From the human T2T-CHM13v2.0 reference genome, Homo sapiens, in the NCBI RefSeq assembly GCF_009914755.1, contig NC_060925.1: a stretch of DNA of 64,000 nt. One strand, written 5' to 3'. Made by a program: the position numbers and the translations under genes. Below the pieces are notes generated by a model. It had not been told where the DNA came from, made no database searches, and was given only the letters and a program-made list of their open reading frames with translations. This document shows, piece by piece, positions 1 through 13,385 of the stretch; the stretch's first letter is position 1, and the number at the start of each line of letters is the position of its first letter.

Positions 1-1599
1 CAGGCGTGGGGCCTGAAGACAGCTGAATGTTGGTTTGGGCAACAGGGCCCTGGAGATTGCCTTCCTGAAGACACGGCAGATCCCAAAGCCAGCTTGTGGG
101 GAGCCCACCGGTGTGGGGTAACCAGGTTGCATCAAGTGGAGACCACCAGGGCTGGGTCAGGGCGGATCACCAGAGGTCACCTGAGTGCCTGGGCCCTGGC
201 CATCCCTGAGTGAGGCTGCTGCCTGGGTACTCAGCAAGGGTGGGGGACTGTTCCTTAGGGGCAAGAGTGCAGAGCAGAAAGGAGCCCCCAGCCCCTGTAC
301 CAGGGCAGTGGGGTGGGCCTGGGCAGGCTCCTGCATTCCCACCTCCTCTCCACAGCAGGGAGCTGAAACAGCTCAGGGGCAGGCCCAAGAAGTCCTGGCC
401 CCCAACTCCCTGGGGAGGGAGCCCCTCCCCAGCCCAGCCCCAGCTCCAGGCTTGTGAGTCAGGGCCGGCTTGTTGAAACTGATACCCAGAAACCAGATGC
501 GGAGGCTGATGAATAATGGAGTCTCCAAGGCAGGACCCCCGCACCCGGCTGTTCTCCCTCAGTATCACCTCCCCCAGCCCCAGAAAAGCAGATGGGAAAC
601 CAGGGATCCCCCAGGCATCCCTGCCCCACAACGAGCTGGGGCCCCAGCCTGGTCTGGGTGGGAGAGGGACTTCCCTGTCCAGGAAAGGACGCAGGTCTGG
701 GGCCAGCTCCAGGCTCTGCCGACAGCAGACGGGCCTGGAACCAGGAGTCCGAGCTCTCTGGCTGGAGGGATGTCCTTGCCAGGAATTCCCACCAAGGCTA
801 AGCTCCCCTGGGAGCCTGCTAGTCCCAAGGCCCCACCCAACACCTTAGAAATCCAGGGGTGGAGACTGCATGCATGGGCAGGCCAGCCAGGGCGGGGTGG
901 CTTTGCCAGGCGGCTCTCTACGCTCCACCCGGCCTACCCACCCTCCTTTCCCCTAGGCCCAGGCCTCACCCATCACCCCTTGGGTTCTGAGGCTCACCTG
1001 GAGTCAGAGCCTGACCTAAGGCCCTGCCCTGTGCCGGGCAGATGGCAGGGACACAGAAAACCTCTCCCCAGGCTAAGCCCACCGCACGGGCCCTGGAAGC
1101 CAGGAAGGCCCCTTCCTCCCCAGGGAGCGGTCCTGGCTAGTATGCCCAAGGCTGGGACCCAGTGCTAGAGAAAGAGGGAGGGGCTGCAGTCTGTGAACAT
1201 CCCCTCCTGCCCAGCCTCTGCAGTTCCCAGCCCCAGACCCCAGCGTGTGTCTTCGGAGCACCTGGACTAGCAAGCCCTTCCCCGGTGCAACTTAGAAGCC
1301 TCCTTGGTAGGGAGCGGGGGAAAGAGGGCACCTGCCTGGGCTTCAGAAGACCTGGTCTGGAGCCTACGTTCCCCCACCCTTCCCCTACTGGGCCTCAATT
1401 TGCCCACCTGTGCCAAGAGGGCATAGAATTCAGTATCTGGGGATGGCTGCCAGGTCCTAGTGTGTGCCCGGACCCCGGCTAAAGGGCAGGAGAATGGTAA
1501 AATACCCCCGAGCTCCCTCAACTTGAGGAGTTACTAAGGAATCTGCAGGGGACCTCTTGGCCTCCATTTCCCAGACTTCCACCAAGGCAGGCCAGGGCC

Positions 1600-2720
1600 T
1601 CCCCGGATTCACGGGTCTCCCGCATCCCCCACCCCTAAGTGGGTGCCTGGGTCTGCTCAGACTGCCCGAGGCGCAGCCTCTGGCGCCCCCTGCCGGCCTC
1701 GAGAGGGCTTTTCCGCCTGGGACCGACTCCGGGACTGGCCAGATGGGGAGGATCGGCTGAGCCTCCCAGCCACGCCGCGCGCCCGGGCCCCTCCAGGATC
1801 CCCCTGCCCCGCCAATACCCCCCATACCGGGGCCAGGGTCCCATAGACTCCTCACGGCCCTATCTCCGAGCCGACCCACCCTAGAGACACTGTGATGGGG
1901 GCGGGAGCTTGAACCCATTCCACCCTCACGTAAATGGAGATACAGCTGGTGAGGACCCTGTACCCACCCACAGGCCTGGCACTACGTGGGAATCTCGAAT
2001 CCGGGTTCTGTCCATCGGTTTAGGGGGGTCCTGGCGCCTAGTCCCACCCCCCGTCCGGAGCGCAGCTCCCACTTCCCCGCGACTCACCTAGGAACAGGAC
2101 CAGGGTCTCCTCCCCGGTGTCTAAGGCTCTAAGGCTCGGGCCGAGACTGCCAAAGCCTCATGGGGCGCGCGGGGAGAGGGGGACGGGAGCCGCGGGACGG
2201 GCTCAGTCGACTCAGCGCAAACTGGGGCGCGGGACGTAGGGGAATTACGGTAGCCGCGCGGGCGCTACCACCTGGACCGGCCGGGATGTACCAACGGCGC
2301 CGCCCGGCTGGGACCGGGGAGAGGAGGGGTCCCAGGAAGGGCCCCGCGCCGGAGCCAGGGAGGTGGCTGGAGGCCGGGCGGTGGCTTGGGGTAATCCAGG
2401 ATCCGGGCTCAGGGGAGGGGGTGGGGGGCGTCACTGTCCCCGAGGGGCCAGCCCTTTGCAGATCTCCAAAAAGTTCAAAGTCCCTGGTCATTAACTTGGG
2501 CTTGAAGACGGGAGCTCGCCCATCCCGGAAGGGGGCTAGGGGGGACCAGGGCCCGCGACAGGAAGCCTCCGCGCGACAGAAAAGCCCCGGGGGACCAGGC
2601 AGAGAGACCCGCAGGCCTAGCCCGCCCCGGAATCGCCCTGAGCCAGGTTCGCTTCCGCTCTATTGTAAAAAGCTGGATTCTGATCTGCGGCCTCCGCGGT
2701 GCCCCAGAAACAGCCCGCTT
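1600..2720. promoter_or_regulatory. PLEKHG5: CpG island / PLEKHG5 internal alternative promoter
   Basis: Dense CpG (gcgcgc, cgcggg, ccgcgg) and GC boxes surrounding a strong minus-strand donor at 2087; boundaries judged by eye. Confidence 0.75.
2088..2230 (-). other. PLEKHG5: Candidate non-coding alternative first exon of PLEKHG5 (5' end approximate)
   Basis: Consensus donor CCTAG|gtgagtc (plus strand gactcac at 2081-2087) inside a CpG island; contains only a short closed uORF. Confidence 0.6.
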
Positions 2721-3279
2721 TTCTCTGGGCCCCCTCTTTTTTTTTTTTCTGGCCCAGGTGATATGGCCGGAAAAGGGTGCTGTTCTGCCATTTAGTGGTT
2801 CCCAGTTCCCCTCTCCCAGCAGCGGGAGTTTAGAATAACTCTGGGCTCAGGACTGGGAAGGGTGTGGATACAGGGGGCCCACTCGAGGAGGTGGAGTTCA
2901 GGTCCACCAACCTGTTCCGCACTTTCAAGCTTTTTATACAGCCTTCCCCCGACCCCTTCCCAGGCCAAAACCTCCAGACTGCCCCACACAACCCTTGGGG
3001 CTGGGCCTATACTAGGGCAGCTCCTGGCTGGGCCAGGGATCCCCACGTCTTCACCTGCTCCCCCAAAACTACTTAGCCAAAACCCAGGAGTCCCCTTGCA
3101 TTGTTTCTCTGGCCCTGCCCGTTTCTTCAGCTGCAGATAGCCCCACCACCTCTCTCCGGGGACCAGTCACTTCCAGAGATGGCCCAAACCTGGCCATTCC
3201 CTGGGGCATCCTGGTCTGCCGCTGCTCACCCCCAAAGCATTGCCCAGGAGAATAGGTGATTGCCTCTCCCATTACTCAC

Positions 3280-3350
3280 ATCCTGCCCGTCCCTTCTCCA
3301 TGGGGGCCTCAGGTCCACCCTTTCCTCTCCCTGGTCTTCATCTCACCACC
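3280..3350 (-). other. PLEKHG5: Candidate non-coding alternative first exon of PLEKHG5 (5' end approximate)
   Basis: Donor GGAT|gtgagtaat (plus strand attactcac at 3271-3279), same strand as the other PLEKHG5 exons. Confidence 0.5.
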
Positions 3351-4249
3351 CCTCCCTCCACACACGCATACCCTGACTCATCCCTGCCACCTCACAGGCC
3401 ATTGTTAAGCTGCAAGGGAACTCTGAAGTCCTCCCATCCAACCTCCACTCCACACTGCAATCCCCTCTACGCTTCCCTTTCTGTCTCTTCTTGCATATGT
3501 CTAGTGATGGGGTGCTCACTACCTCCACTTCGGGGATAGCTCCAGCTGCTGGAAACTCTTTCCTGTAGTGTGCTGAACCCCACCTCCCTGTCAAGGCCTT
3601 TGGGAGCTGTGCAGAAAAATTCACCTCCCTTTCCTCCTGAGAGTTCTGAGGAAATGGGAGGCTCTGACAGAGAGGCCTGGTTTGAGTCCTGATCTTGCCT
3701 TGCTTGGCAAGTCATTTTACCTCGCCACTCTGCAGGGCCCTCTCTAGGAAACGGAGATGGGGTAGGCCCCACCGCAGCGGGGGAGGCGGCCAGATGAGGT
3801 TTCTGTGCCAGGCGCTAAGGCAGGGCCTGGCATACAGTACGTGCTGGATCAATGGCGGCTGCTGGAATCACTACCTCCTCCATGATAAACACCCTCACAT
3901 GTGGTGCCCAATGTCCCCTGTGGCCCAGGGCCACAAGTGTCCTCCTCCATGCCCCCTTGTGACCTGGGACGCCCTGACTAGACCTCGAACAGTGCCCAGT
4001 GGAGCCCAGCAAGGAGCTGGGGAGTCCACACACTGTCCCGTGGCCACCTCACAGGAGGGCAGGGGGAACCCACAATATCATTAGTCTGCCTTGATCTCCC
4101 GGCCTTTCTCCATCTCCCCAAACTCACAGCTCCACCTGTGTGCAAGAAGCTGGGATGGAGCCTGGGGAGGTCTCAGATCCCAGGGCAGGTACGGAGGGCA
4201 CACCCAAAGTCTAGAGGTGACTTTGTTACCCCCACTCCCAGGACACCTT

Positions 4250-4440
4250 GCACACCTACGCTGTGCTAGGCTCTATGCTAAGCATGTTATATATGGGCCT
4301 CTTTTAATCCTCGCTGCCGGGTTATTTTCCAGATGAGGAACCTGGGGTTCAGAGAAGTGTAGTGACTTCCCCAGGGTCGCACAGCTGGAAAAAAGTAGGT
4401 TTGATCCTGGAGCTCAGAGGTGTGGACTGCTCTACATATC
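4250..4440 (-). mobile_element. MIR SINE
   Basis: Core 'ttttccagatgaggaacctggggttcagagaagtgtagtgacttccccagggtcgcacagct' matches the MIR core in reverse. Confidence 0.7.
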
Positions 4441-5265
4441 TTCATCCTGGGGAGGGGCCATTTCTCTCCTGGGGTCTCCATGACACACAGTCCAGACCCC
4501 TCATCTGGACATGCAGGTGCTCCTAGTGCAGCCTGCCTCCCCCTCCTCCCGTCCCCTTCTCCCTGTGCCCCCTGGCCTCGCTTGCCCCTTATAGCCCCCA
4601 ATGTCCCCCCCTGCTCACTCAGCTGTCCTCCATCTCAGTACCTCTTTAATCCTCAGGACTCCAGTTGCCTCCAGGAAGCCCATCCTGGTTAGCCCTCCTC
4701 CCAGTGGGAACTCCAGGGGCAGGAGGTAGGGGACAGATGGCAAATTCATCTCAGAAGCTCCAGCACCCAGGAGAGCCTCAAATAAAACATCAAGGGTGGG
4801 CCCAGAAGCCGAAGGGTCCAGCCCTGCCTGAAATTGGTCCTTTGCCAGGGCAGCCTGGGGGGAAGTTTGGCCAGCCAGGGTCACTTCCCTTCCTTCCTCC
4901 CAGCACAGCTAGAATGTCACCTCCAGGAGGGCATCCCCTTTGTTCTCTGGAGATCTCCTGGGCCTAGAACTGGGCCTGGCACCGACAGATGCTCAGAGCT
5001 GGTCTGGTAAATGAATAAATGAAGTCATCTCCTTCAAAACGCTAGTCACATCCTGGAGAGTAAGAATAGGGCTCTTGATCAGACAAGCCTCACGCAGGCC
5101 AGGCTCTGACGATCATGCTGTGTGATGTGGGCAAGTTCCTCTACCTCTCTGGGCCTCCGTTTCCTTACAAGTCATGTGGTCATAAGAATAACGCTGTTCT
5201 CCTGAGGGTCTCAAGAAGCTTCACTGAGACAAGCAGGAGGGCCTAACGCCCCGCCTGGCATGTAA

Positions 5266-6207
<942 letters not shown>

Positions 6208-7139
6208 AGTAGTGGTTATTATTATCATCATCGACAATGTTATTCTTTGTTTCTCTTACCAAATCTGAGTGCCCCGCACCTCCTCTCCACCACTGCCTCT
6301 CCCTTCCTGGACTGCCCTTGCCTCTGTTCTGTCTATCCATGTTTTCACATCCATTAAAGGCCCCCTCCTCCAGGATGCCCTCCCTGACTGGCTCTCTATG
6401 CCTCTGATAATTCAGGCATTTCTGCCCCTACAGTGAGTCTGTGCCATTTGTCCCAAAGGGCGTCCCAGTAGTGACAGGGCCCAGACTCTCCCCGTGCACG
6501 CTGGGTGACCCTCATCAGCTGATGCCAATGTCAGCTGTGCCAAGTTCCAGGCAGGCCAGGGCTGGAGGTGAGGTCTGGAGGCTGCAGAGGGACCATACCC
6601 ACTCTGAGACCAGCTCTCTTCTCCCAGGCCTCACCTCTATGAAGGCTGGGCCATCCCACCCCTGCCCCTGCCTGAGCAGCTTGAGGACCCCCCCTGAGAG
6701 CAGCTGCCCAGAGGAGGGGCTGGGACAGTGTGCCTTATTGCCCCAGCCGCCCCTTCAGGTCAGGCAAAAGCCTCGGGGCTCCGCAGGCCTCTGGCAGGAT
6801 GTATATTGGGGGGAGCTGAGGCCAATTTGTTGCCAGGAGCCCCCATCTGGGAAAGAGGCAACCAGCCAACACCAGAGCCCAATGCCAGGCACCATCCGTG
6901 CCAGCAGATTGTATCTGACATCACACCGCCCCCCTGCCTGGTGACCACGGCAACTGGAGGCCGCCCCCTCCCCGCCCCGCCCCATAGCAGTTCTCCCTGT
7001 TCCCTCACCACGGCCCTCCTGTGCAGAACGAGTGTGTGTGTGTCTGGGTGGAGGTGCGGGAGGGGAGCGGGGGGTGGGGGGTGGCATTTTACATTTCCTG
7101 CAGCTGGCAGTGCTGAGACACATGATGGAAGACAACACG

Positions 7140-7490
7140 GGCCCTGGTATGACACAGACCTGGGTACTGGGTTCAAATCCCAGCTCTCCCACTTCCTAGC
7201 AGTCTGTCCCTGAGTGAGCCTCAGTTTCCCCATCTGTAAATGAGAATAAGGACAGGACCATCTCAGAAGGCCGGAGGAGGAGTCAGTGAGTCCTGGTGCC
7301 TGCGCCAGATGCTAAGTTGCGCAGTTGTCACTATTGTCATGTAAATGCATGCTGGGAGGGGCAAAACCTGGCTCCAAACCCCGGCTCCATCTCTCATGAG
7401 CTGTGGGCCTTGGCCAAGTCACTGGACCTCTCTGAACCTTGGTGTCTTCATCTGGAAAACGGGGTGACGATGCCTTCCCTGCAGAGCTGC
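7140..7490 (+). mobile_element. Two MIR fragments
   Basis: 'ctgggttcaaatcccagctct...gagcctcagtttccccatctgtaaatgagaata' and 'ccttggccaagtcactggacctctctgaacct...tcatctggaaaacgggg'. Confidence 0.65.
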
Positions 7491-8136
7491 CGCAATCAGT
7501 GCATATGGCACAGAAAGCGGGTGGCACTAAGCCCAGCACATCACAGGCAGAAGCGCCCAGCCAGTACTATTATCCTCCTTCCTGCCCCCTTTATCCCTGA
7601 TTTATACTTCGCCCCACTCCCAGCTCCCAAGCCCTGGCACTCCAGGATCAACTGGCCCCTTCCTCCTTTTGTCATCCCCAGGGCCATGGTCACACTCGCC
7701 AAGTCCCAAAGCATCTCAGACCCATGCCCAGGCCTGAAGAGTGGCTGAGTTCAACAGGAAGGGTGCCATCTGGGCACTGGACCAGCACCGTGGGAGACCA
7801 CTTCCCCTGGCTAAGCCTCAGTTTCCTCATCCGTGACATAAGGCTACAGCTCCTGTCACCTCAGAATGGCTGCTAGGACCACAGTGCAGCAAAGGGCTTT
7901 GGGGTACTCCACCCCCCTGTTCTTGTAGAAGTCCCCCGACTCCACTGTTCCTGAGCTGGGGGCAGGCCCTCTGCCTCCTAAACCAGACACACTGTGGCCC
8001 CACCTACACTTGAACCCAGCCCAGCCAGCCGCGCCCGTGCCAGGGCTCTGTGGATAGCTGGTGCTGGGATAGAAAGGGCAGTTAGAGCCCTGGCCCCTCT
8101 GCCCCCGAGGGTCCCCAGGCTCTCCAGCCTCCCTAC

Positions 8137-8213
8137 CTTGGCCGCCCGCCCCTTGTCCATGCAGGCGGGGTTCTGACAGCGCAGTCCCTTCTTTTCAGCG
8201 GGGCTCTGGTCGT
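8137..8213 (-). CDS. PLEKHG5: PLEKHG5 shared internal coding exon (77 nt): (D)DQSPAEKKGLRCQNPACMDKGRAAK
   Basis: Acceptor tcccctgcag|AC and donor GCCAAG|gtaggg; phase 1 in, phase 0 out; peptide recognised as the N-terminal segment of the long PLEKHG5 isoforms. Confidence 0.93.
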
Positions 8214-8602
8214 CTGCAGGGGAGGAGCAGAGGGCATCAGTCAGCGGGGCACCCAGGCTCCCCTGGGCCCCACTGGCCTCCCAACCGGAGGAGGGGTGGG
8301 GTGATCTCCTCAGTCCTCCCTTCAAAAGAGGTCAGCGTCCCTTTCTCTTTTAAATGCCAACTTATCTGCACGGGAATCCGTTTGCAGAGCCCTTTTCTCC
8401 TGCAGTCCTCAGGGAAATTATCCAGATTCCACGGGGAGAAAACATCTTTGGAAATACGCTGCTCTCTCCCTCTGTCCCTCTAGTCTGGGGGACAAGTGGG
8501 GGAGCGCTCAGTGACCTTTTGGGGCCCCAGACTTCCCAGGGGGTCCCGGCAGGGCTGCTGGGGGGAAGGGGCTCCAAGATCCCAGATCCCTGAGAACCTT
8601 AC

Positions 8603-8675
8603 GCCCTGCATCGCTCCCTTTAGAGACAGAGGAGCCCCCGAAGGTCTGGGGCGACCCCCGTTCCCCAAGACTCAT
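8603..8675 (-). CDS. PLEKHG5: PLEKHG5 alternative first coding exon: MSLGERGSPQTFGGSSVSKGSDAG
   Basis: ATG (aagATG, -3 A) at 8675; 24 codons + 1 nt; donor GGGC|gtaaggt; in frame with the 8213 acceptor. Confidence 0.7.
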
Positions 8676-8729
8676 CTTTGACCCTGAATTTGGCCCCCTC
8701 CAAGCTGCCTCTCTTCCTGGGGGCTGGAG

Positions 8730-9460
8730 TGCACCGCGGTGGGGGCAGAGCGGCGCAACCAGCGAGAGGCGGGGGGAGGGAGGAGAAGCGGGGTGCTGCC
8801 GAGGCAGGCCCCGACTTGGGGGCCGAGTTTGGGTACGAGCGGCCCGAAGCCCGGTCGGCGCCCACCCCCTTGCCTGGAGCGGGCCCTCCCCGGAGGAGGT
8901 TAGGAGCCGGCCCGGCCCCCCAGGACCCCGCCCCGCGTCCGCCGGGTCCCCGCCTGCACTCACCCATGGAGCAGGCCCCGTGCCGCGCGGGGGGCGGGCG
9001 GCGGGCGGGGGCGCCGGGGACGCCGGGGACTGGGAGGCCGCAGAGCCGCCGCCGCCGGACCCTCGCACGGGAGGCGGGCGGGGCAGGTGGGCGGGGAGGA
9101 GCCGCGGCGGCCCCGCCTCGGGGGCGGGGGGCGGGGGGACAGGAGCGCGGCCGGGCCTCGGCGCCGACGGTGTCACCCCTCCCTCCCCGGCTCCCCGGCC
9201 CCTGCGCGCTGCGGTCCGGAGGCTGCCTCCACCTCCCGGAGGGCGGGCACCGGGGCGGCTCAGGAAGCGCGCACGGCTCTGTCCTGGAGGGTGCCATCCA
9301 CGCGGAGGGTGCCTGTCCGCAGGAATGCAGGCCGGGAGCCACGCAGAGCCCCCACCCCAGCCCGGAATCGCTGTCTCCGAGGTCAGTTTCCATGGCAACA
9401 CGGAGGCTGCCCCGCGCAGGGTGAGGGCTGTCACCGGGAGAGACTCGCCTGCCACGGCTC
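8730..9460. promoter_or_regulatory. PLEKHG5: CpG island / PLEKHG5 promoter
   Basis: Very high GC and CpG content, many GGGCGG boxes, directly upstream of the 8964 and 8603 donors. Confidence 0.88.
8964..8967 (-). CDS. PLEKHG5: PLEKHG5 first exon coding part (ATG G), giving the MDDQSPAEKK N-terminus; 5'UTR extends into the CpG island
   Basis: TCC ATG G|gtgagtgc consensus donor; G+AC forms Asp with exon 8213. Confidence 0.85.
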
Positions 9461-11439
9461 TTGCTGCATGTCCTCTGCTGGTTCAGTTTTAAACTTTATT
9501 GAAGTGCAAACGCGGACAGAGAAGTGCACCTGTCCTGTGAGCACAGCTCAACACATTTTCAGGAAACTTTCACAAAATAACCTGTGCCCAGACCGAGCTG
9601 CAGAGCGTCCCCACCCAGTCCCCAGCCCCCGCCACCTCCCTCGTGCCAACCGGTCCCCCCAAGGGCACCGCCGCCCTGACTTCCAACACATCGATTCGTC
9701 TGCCCGGTCCTGTAGTTTATGTAAATGGCATCAGGAGATAGCAAACCCTTTGCCCTACAGAAACAGCCTCGCAGAGGTGGCCAAGAGTCTGCGGGGGCTC
9801 AGTGCTCCTGAGCCTGCCTCTGGACCCCCAGCCCACCCTGCACACTGGCACCAGGAGGCATTGCGCCGACAAGACCTAGGTATAGAAGATGCAGCTTCCA
9901 GCAGGGCCGGGTCCCTCTCCCAAAGGCTAAGGGTGGACTTCCCTGACCCCTTCACTGGAAGGCCTCTCAGCTGGAGCCTCCCTGCATGGACTCCTTACAT
10001 GGGCTGGGTCCGGCCCTGGGACTCACAGGTGACCAGAAACTGGTGCCTGCCCCAAGGACTCCTGGCACAGCAAAGTAGCACGGATCCCGGGTCTCCTGAG
10101 CTCTCTGGATTCATTCAGCAAACACACTAAAGATCCTCTGAGGATCCCCATGAGCCAAGCTCTAAGCTGGGTGCTGGGGACTCACTGGTGACCCTGACAA
10201 GACTTGGGGAGCTCACAGGGGGCCTGGTGGGCAGGGTAGCCCTTTGGGGGGCAGCACATCTGCATGACCCTGGGGAGGGGGCTCTCGAGGAGGGGCTGCC
10301 ACAGGCACCCCGGGGGCCTCCAGGCTGAGAGGGAAGCAGCTGCCCGGGGCCCTGGGCCTCCTCAGTGCACAGCCTACGGGAACTCTCAGGATCCTCAGGC
10401 CCAGCCCAGCCTCACCCCCACACTGTGCTCATTTCCCTCTCCGAGTCTCTGCTCTCAGCCATCCAAGGGGCCAGCGATGCCTGTCCTGCCTCTAGGCTGG
10501 AGGTGGAGGCAGCCGAGGCAAGAGACGGCCCTGTGAGGACTGTGGCGAGGTCCCTGCCTGCTGGGAGGAAGCTGACTTGAGGGTGGAGTGGGGTTCGGGG
10601 CTTTTGTCTGCCATGACTCCAGCAGGCCCTCCTCTGCCATCTGTGTTTCCACGGGGACCTGGAGCCCTCAGCCAGCTTTGTGGGAGTTTCCCATGCGTCC
10701 AGCCTGGGACTTCTCCAGCTGAGCAGGACAACATCTGCTGTCCGCCCAGAAAGTTTCCAGGCCCCTGCGTTCTCAAAACTCTGAGCCTGGGGTTGGATTC
10801 TCACACCCTTTGCCCCAGGGCCTCTGGATTGTAGCCCCGTATTCTGAAGGCTCCGGGCCATGTCTTCTGCCACTGGGTCTGCCTCACCAGCTCCCTAGAT
10901 CCCCCCATGACTGCTCAGGTCACAGCCACCATCGGGCCTGACTATCCTGTGGCCTCTATGCCACTTGGGTTCTGGAATTCCTTGTCCTTTGCCTGGTACT
11001 TCCTGGCACTGGGGTCTACCTGCCTGAACTCTCCGGCCTCTGACCCCTGGTCTCAGCAGGCTCCAGGTGCTCACCCTGCCTTCTAGACCCTACACTCCTG
11101 ATCCCCTGGTCCTGGCTCCCCTGGGAGGTAGCTCCCTCTGGGCTCTGCTCTAAAGCTGCAACTTCCTGCATTGCGTAGGCGAGCTCCTCTCTCCTGGAGA
11201 CTGCAGACACGAAGAAAAATCCATCAGGACCCTGGTAGCTCTCAGGGCCCAGAGTGGGGCCTGTGGGGCTTGGGGGTGAGGTCAGGACAAGCAGTCCCCA
11301 CCATAGGCCTGTCATGAGCTCTCCTGCAGGTGACCTATCCCCATCTACAGCCTTCGAGGAAAGGGTGGGCCTGGTAAGGGGGACATACTGTATCAGGTGA
11401 TAGCGTACCCTGGACATAGCTGGGTTTTTCTTAATTTAA

Positions 11440-11748
<309 letters not shown>

Positions 11749-12139
11749 CTCAGCCAGTCAGATTTGCTCTCCTGAGACTATGAATTGAGACAGGCCTGGG
11801 AAGGAAACATGATTCCGATCCCCTTCCTGATAGGAGCCCACAGGCAGGACTACTACTGGGCCCTGGAGACTTGAGTCCACTGAGAGTCAGTCCAAATAGG
11901 TACGATGCCCCAAGATTGTTGGGGAGCAGGAAAAAGGGGAGCAGCCCCTCAGTGGAAATCACCCCAGAGCAGACAGGGCAGGAGAAGGCAGCTTTGTGAG
12001 AGTGGGCAGCTCTCGGGGTGGCAGGGGGGCGGCCTCCTCTGCCTGCCCCGGGCTTCCCTTGGGAGCCCTGCCTCTTCGTAGCAACCCCTCTTATGTGGAC
12101 CAGCCTAAGCGGTGTCTGCTCCCCGACCTCAGCCCGACC

Positions 12140-12409
12140 CTAAGCAGACCTGGAACCCTGAACTCCCCCCTCCGCTAAGCAAACCTGGAACCCTGAACCT
12201 CCCCTCCAGGCAGACCTGGAATCTTGAACTCCCCCCTCCCCTAAGCAGACCTAGAACCCTGAACTACCCCCTCCGCTAAGCAAACCTGGAACCCTGAACT
12301 CCCCCCACCCCTAGCCAGACCTGGAACCATGAACTACCCCCCTTGAGGCAGACCTGGAACCCTGCACTCCACTCGTCCCTAGGCGGACCTGGAACCCTGA
12401 GCTCCCGCC
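12140..12409. repeat. ~35-bp minisatellite, 8 copies
   Basis: Unit ctaagcagacctggaaccctgaactcccccctccg repeated with small variants. Confidence 0.93.
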
Positions 12410-13249
12410 ACTGCATGCCAGACACTGCCTCCCCACGTGCGCAACAGCCCAGCTGCCCTCCTGGCTCCCCCACCTCCCGTCGCAGGGAGACCAGGGCCCT
12501 TGGCCAGGCAGAGGAGCCTACTCGCCAGTTCTCCCCCGACCCTGTCTCAGTCGCAGGAGGCCACTTGGGCTTTGTCCTGAACATGATCTCTACCAGAACT
12601 GGGCCTCGGGGCGCGGGCAGAACGGCCGGCAGACATGTTTTGTTTGGCTGAGAACAGGGTTTCGGAAGAATTTAAATTGGTTGCCAACTTTGAAAAGTCA
12701 GGAGATTTCACATAAAAGTCCATATTTCTGGCTTCTCTTGACAAACCAGAGGAGCCCGGCAGCTCTGGACCCATGTTCTGGACGGCTCCAGCTCCCGAGC
12801 TGTGTCTGCCTCGGATCAGCACAAATGCTTCCAGCCCCCACAGTCCACGCCACTCCGTCGCCCCACCGCAGGCCCCTCACTCCGCTACTTGCCGGACACA
12901 ACTGAGCTTCTGACCCCAGCCCAGCCCTTCTTGGTGCTATTCCTTTGCCCTCCCCCAGCATCCTCCCATCGCTGTCTGCTGCCATCCTGCCCACTCTTCA
13001 AGGCCCAGATTGAAGGCTGCTGCCTTCAGGAAGGCCTCCCTATTGTCACATATCCCAGTTCCAGGTGAACGTGTCCTTGCTGGACTCCCACTGTCTTGAA
13101 CCTTTGAACCAACACCGACCTGTCTTCCCCATCAGACGGCTTCAGGAACGACACACAATGACCACAGCTCTCACTTGCCAACCACCTGCTGGGAACTCTG
13201 CTGTCCATAGATGGTGTCGTTTCACCATCTAACTCTGTGTAGAGGAATG

Positions 13250-13385
13250 ATCATTGTCCCCATTTTACAGATGAGGAAACTGAGGCGTGGAGGGTAGAGA
13301 GATTTGCCCAAGGTCACACAAGTAATGAGAGTAACGAGGCTGTGAGTGTGTAAGCCTCCAAGCCTGTGCTCCTAACCGCCAGGCT
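13250..13385 (-). mobile_element. MIR SINE
   Basis: cccattttacagatgaggaaactgaggc...gatttgcccaaggtcacaca. Confidence 0.8.

Noticed and set aside
157-2795. Overlapping long ORFs (e.g. 470-1168, 2160-2795)
   Set aside because: P/G/R/A-rich translations on both strands, as expected from stop-poor GC-rich DNA; no domain or splice support
8508-10130. ORFs of 170-347 aa across the CpG island
   Set aside because: Most frames are open because of extreme GC content; only the short spliced segments at 8603-8675 and 8964-8967 have start and donor support
12140-12409. CRISPR-like array
   Set aside because: Eukaryotic context; units are contiguous without unique spacers; no cas genes
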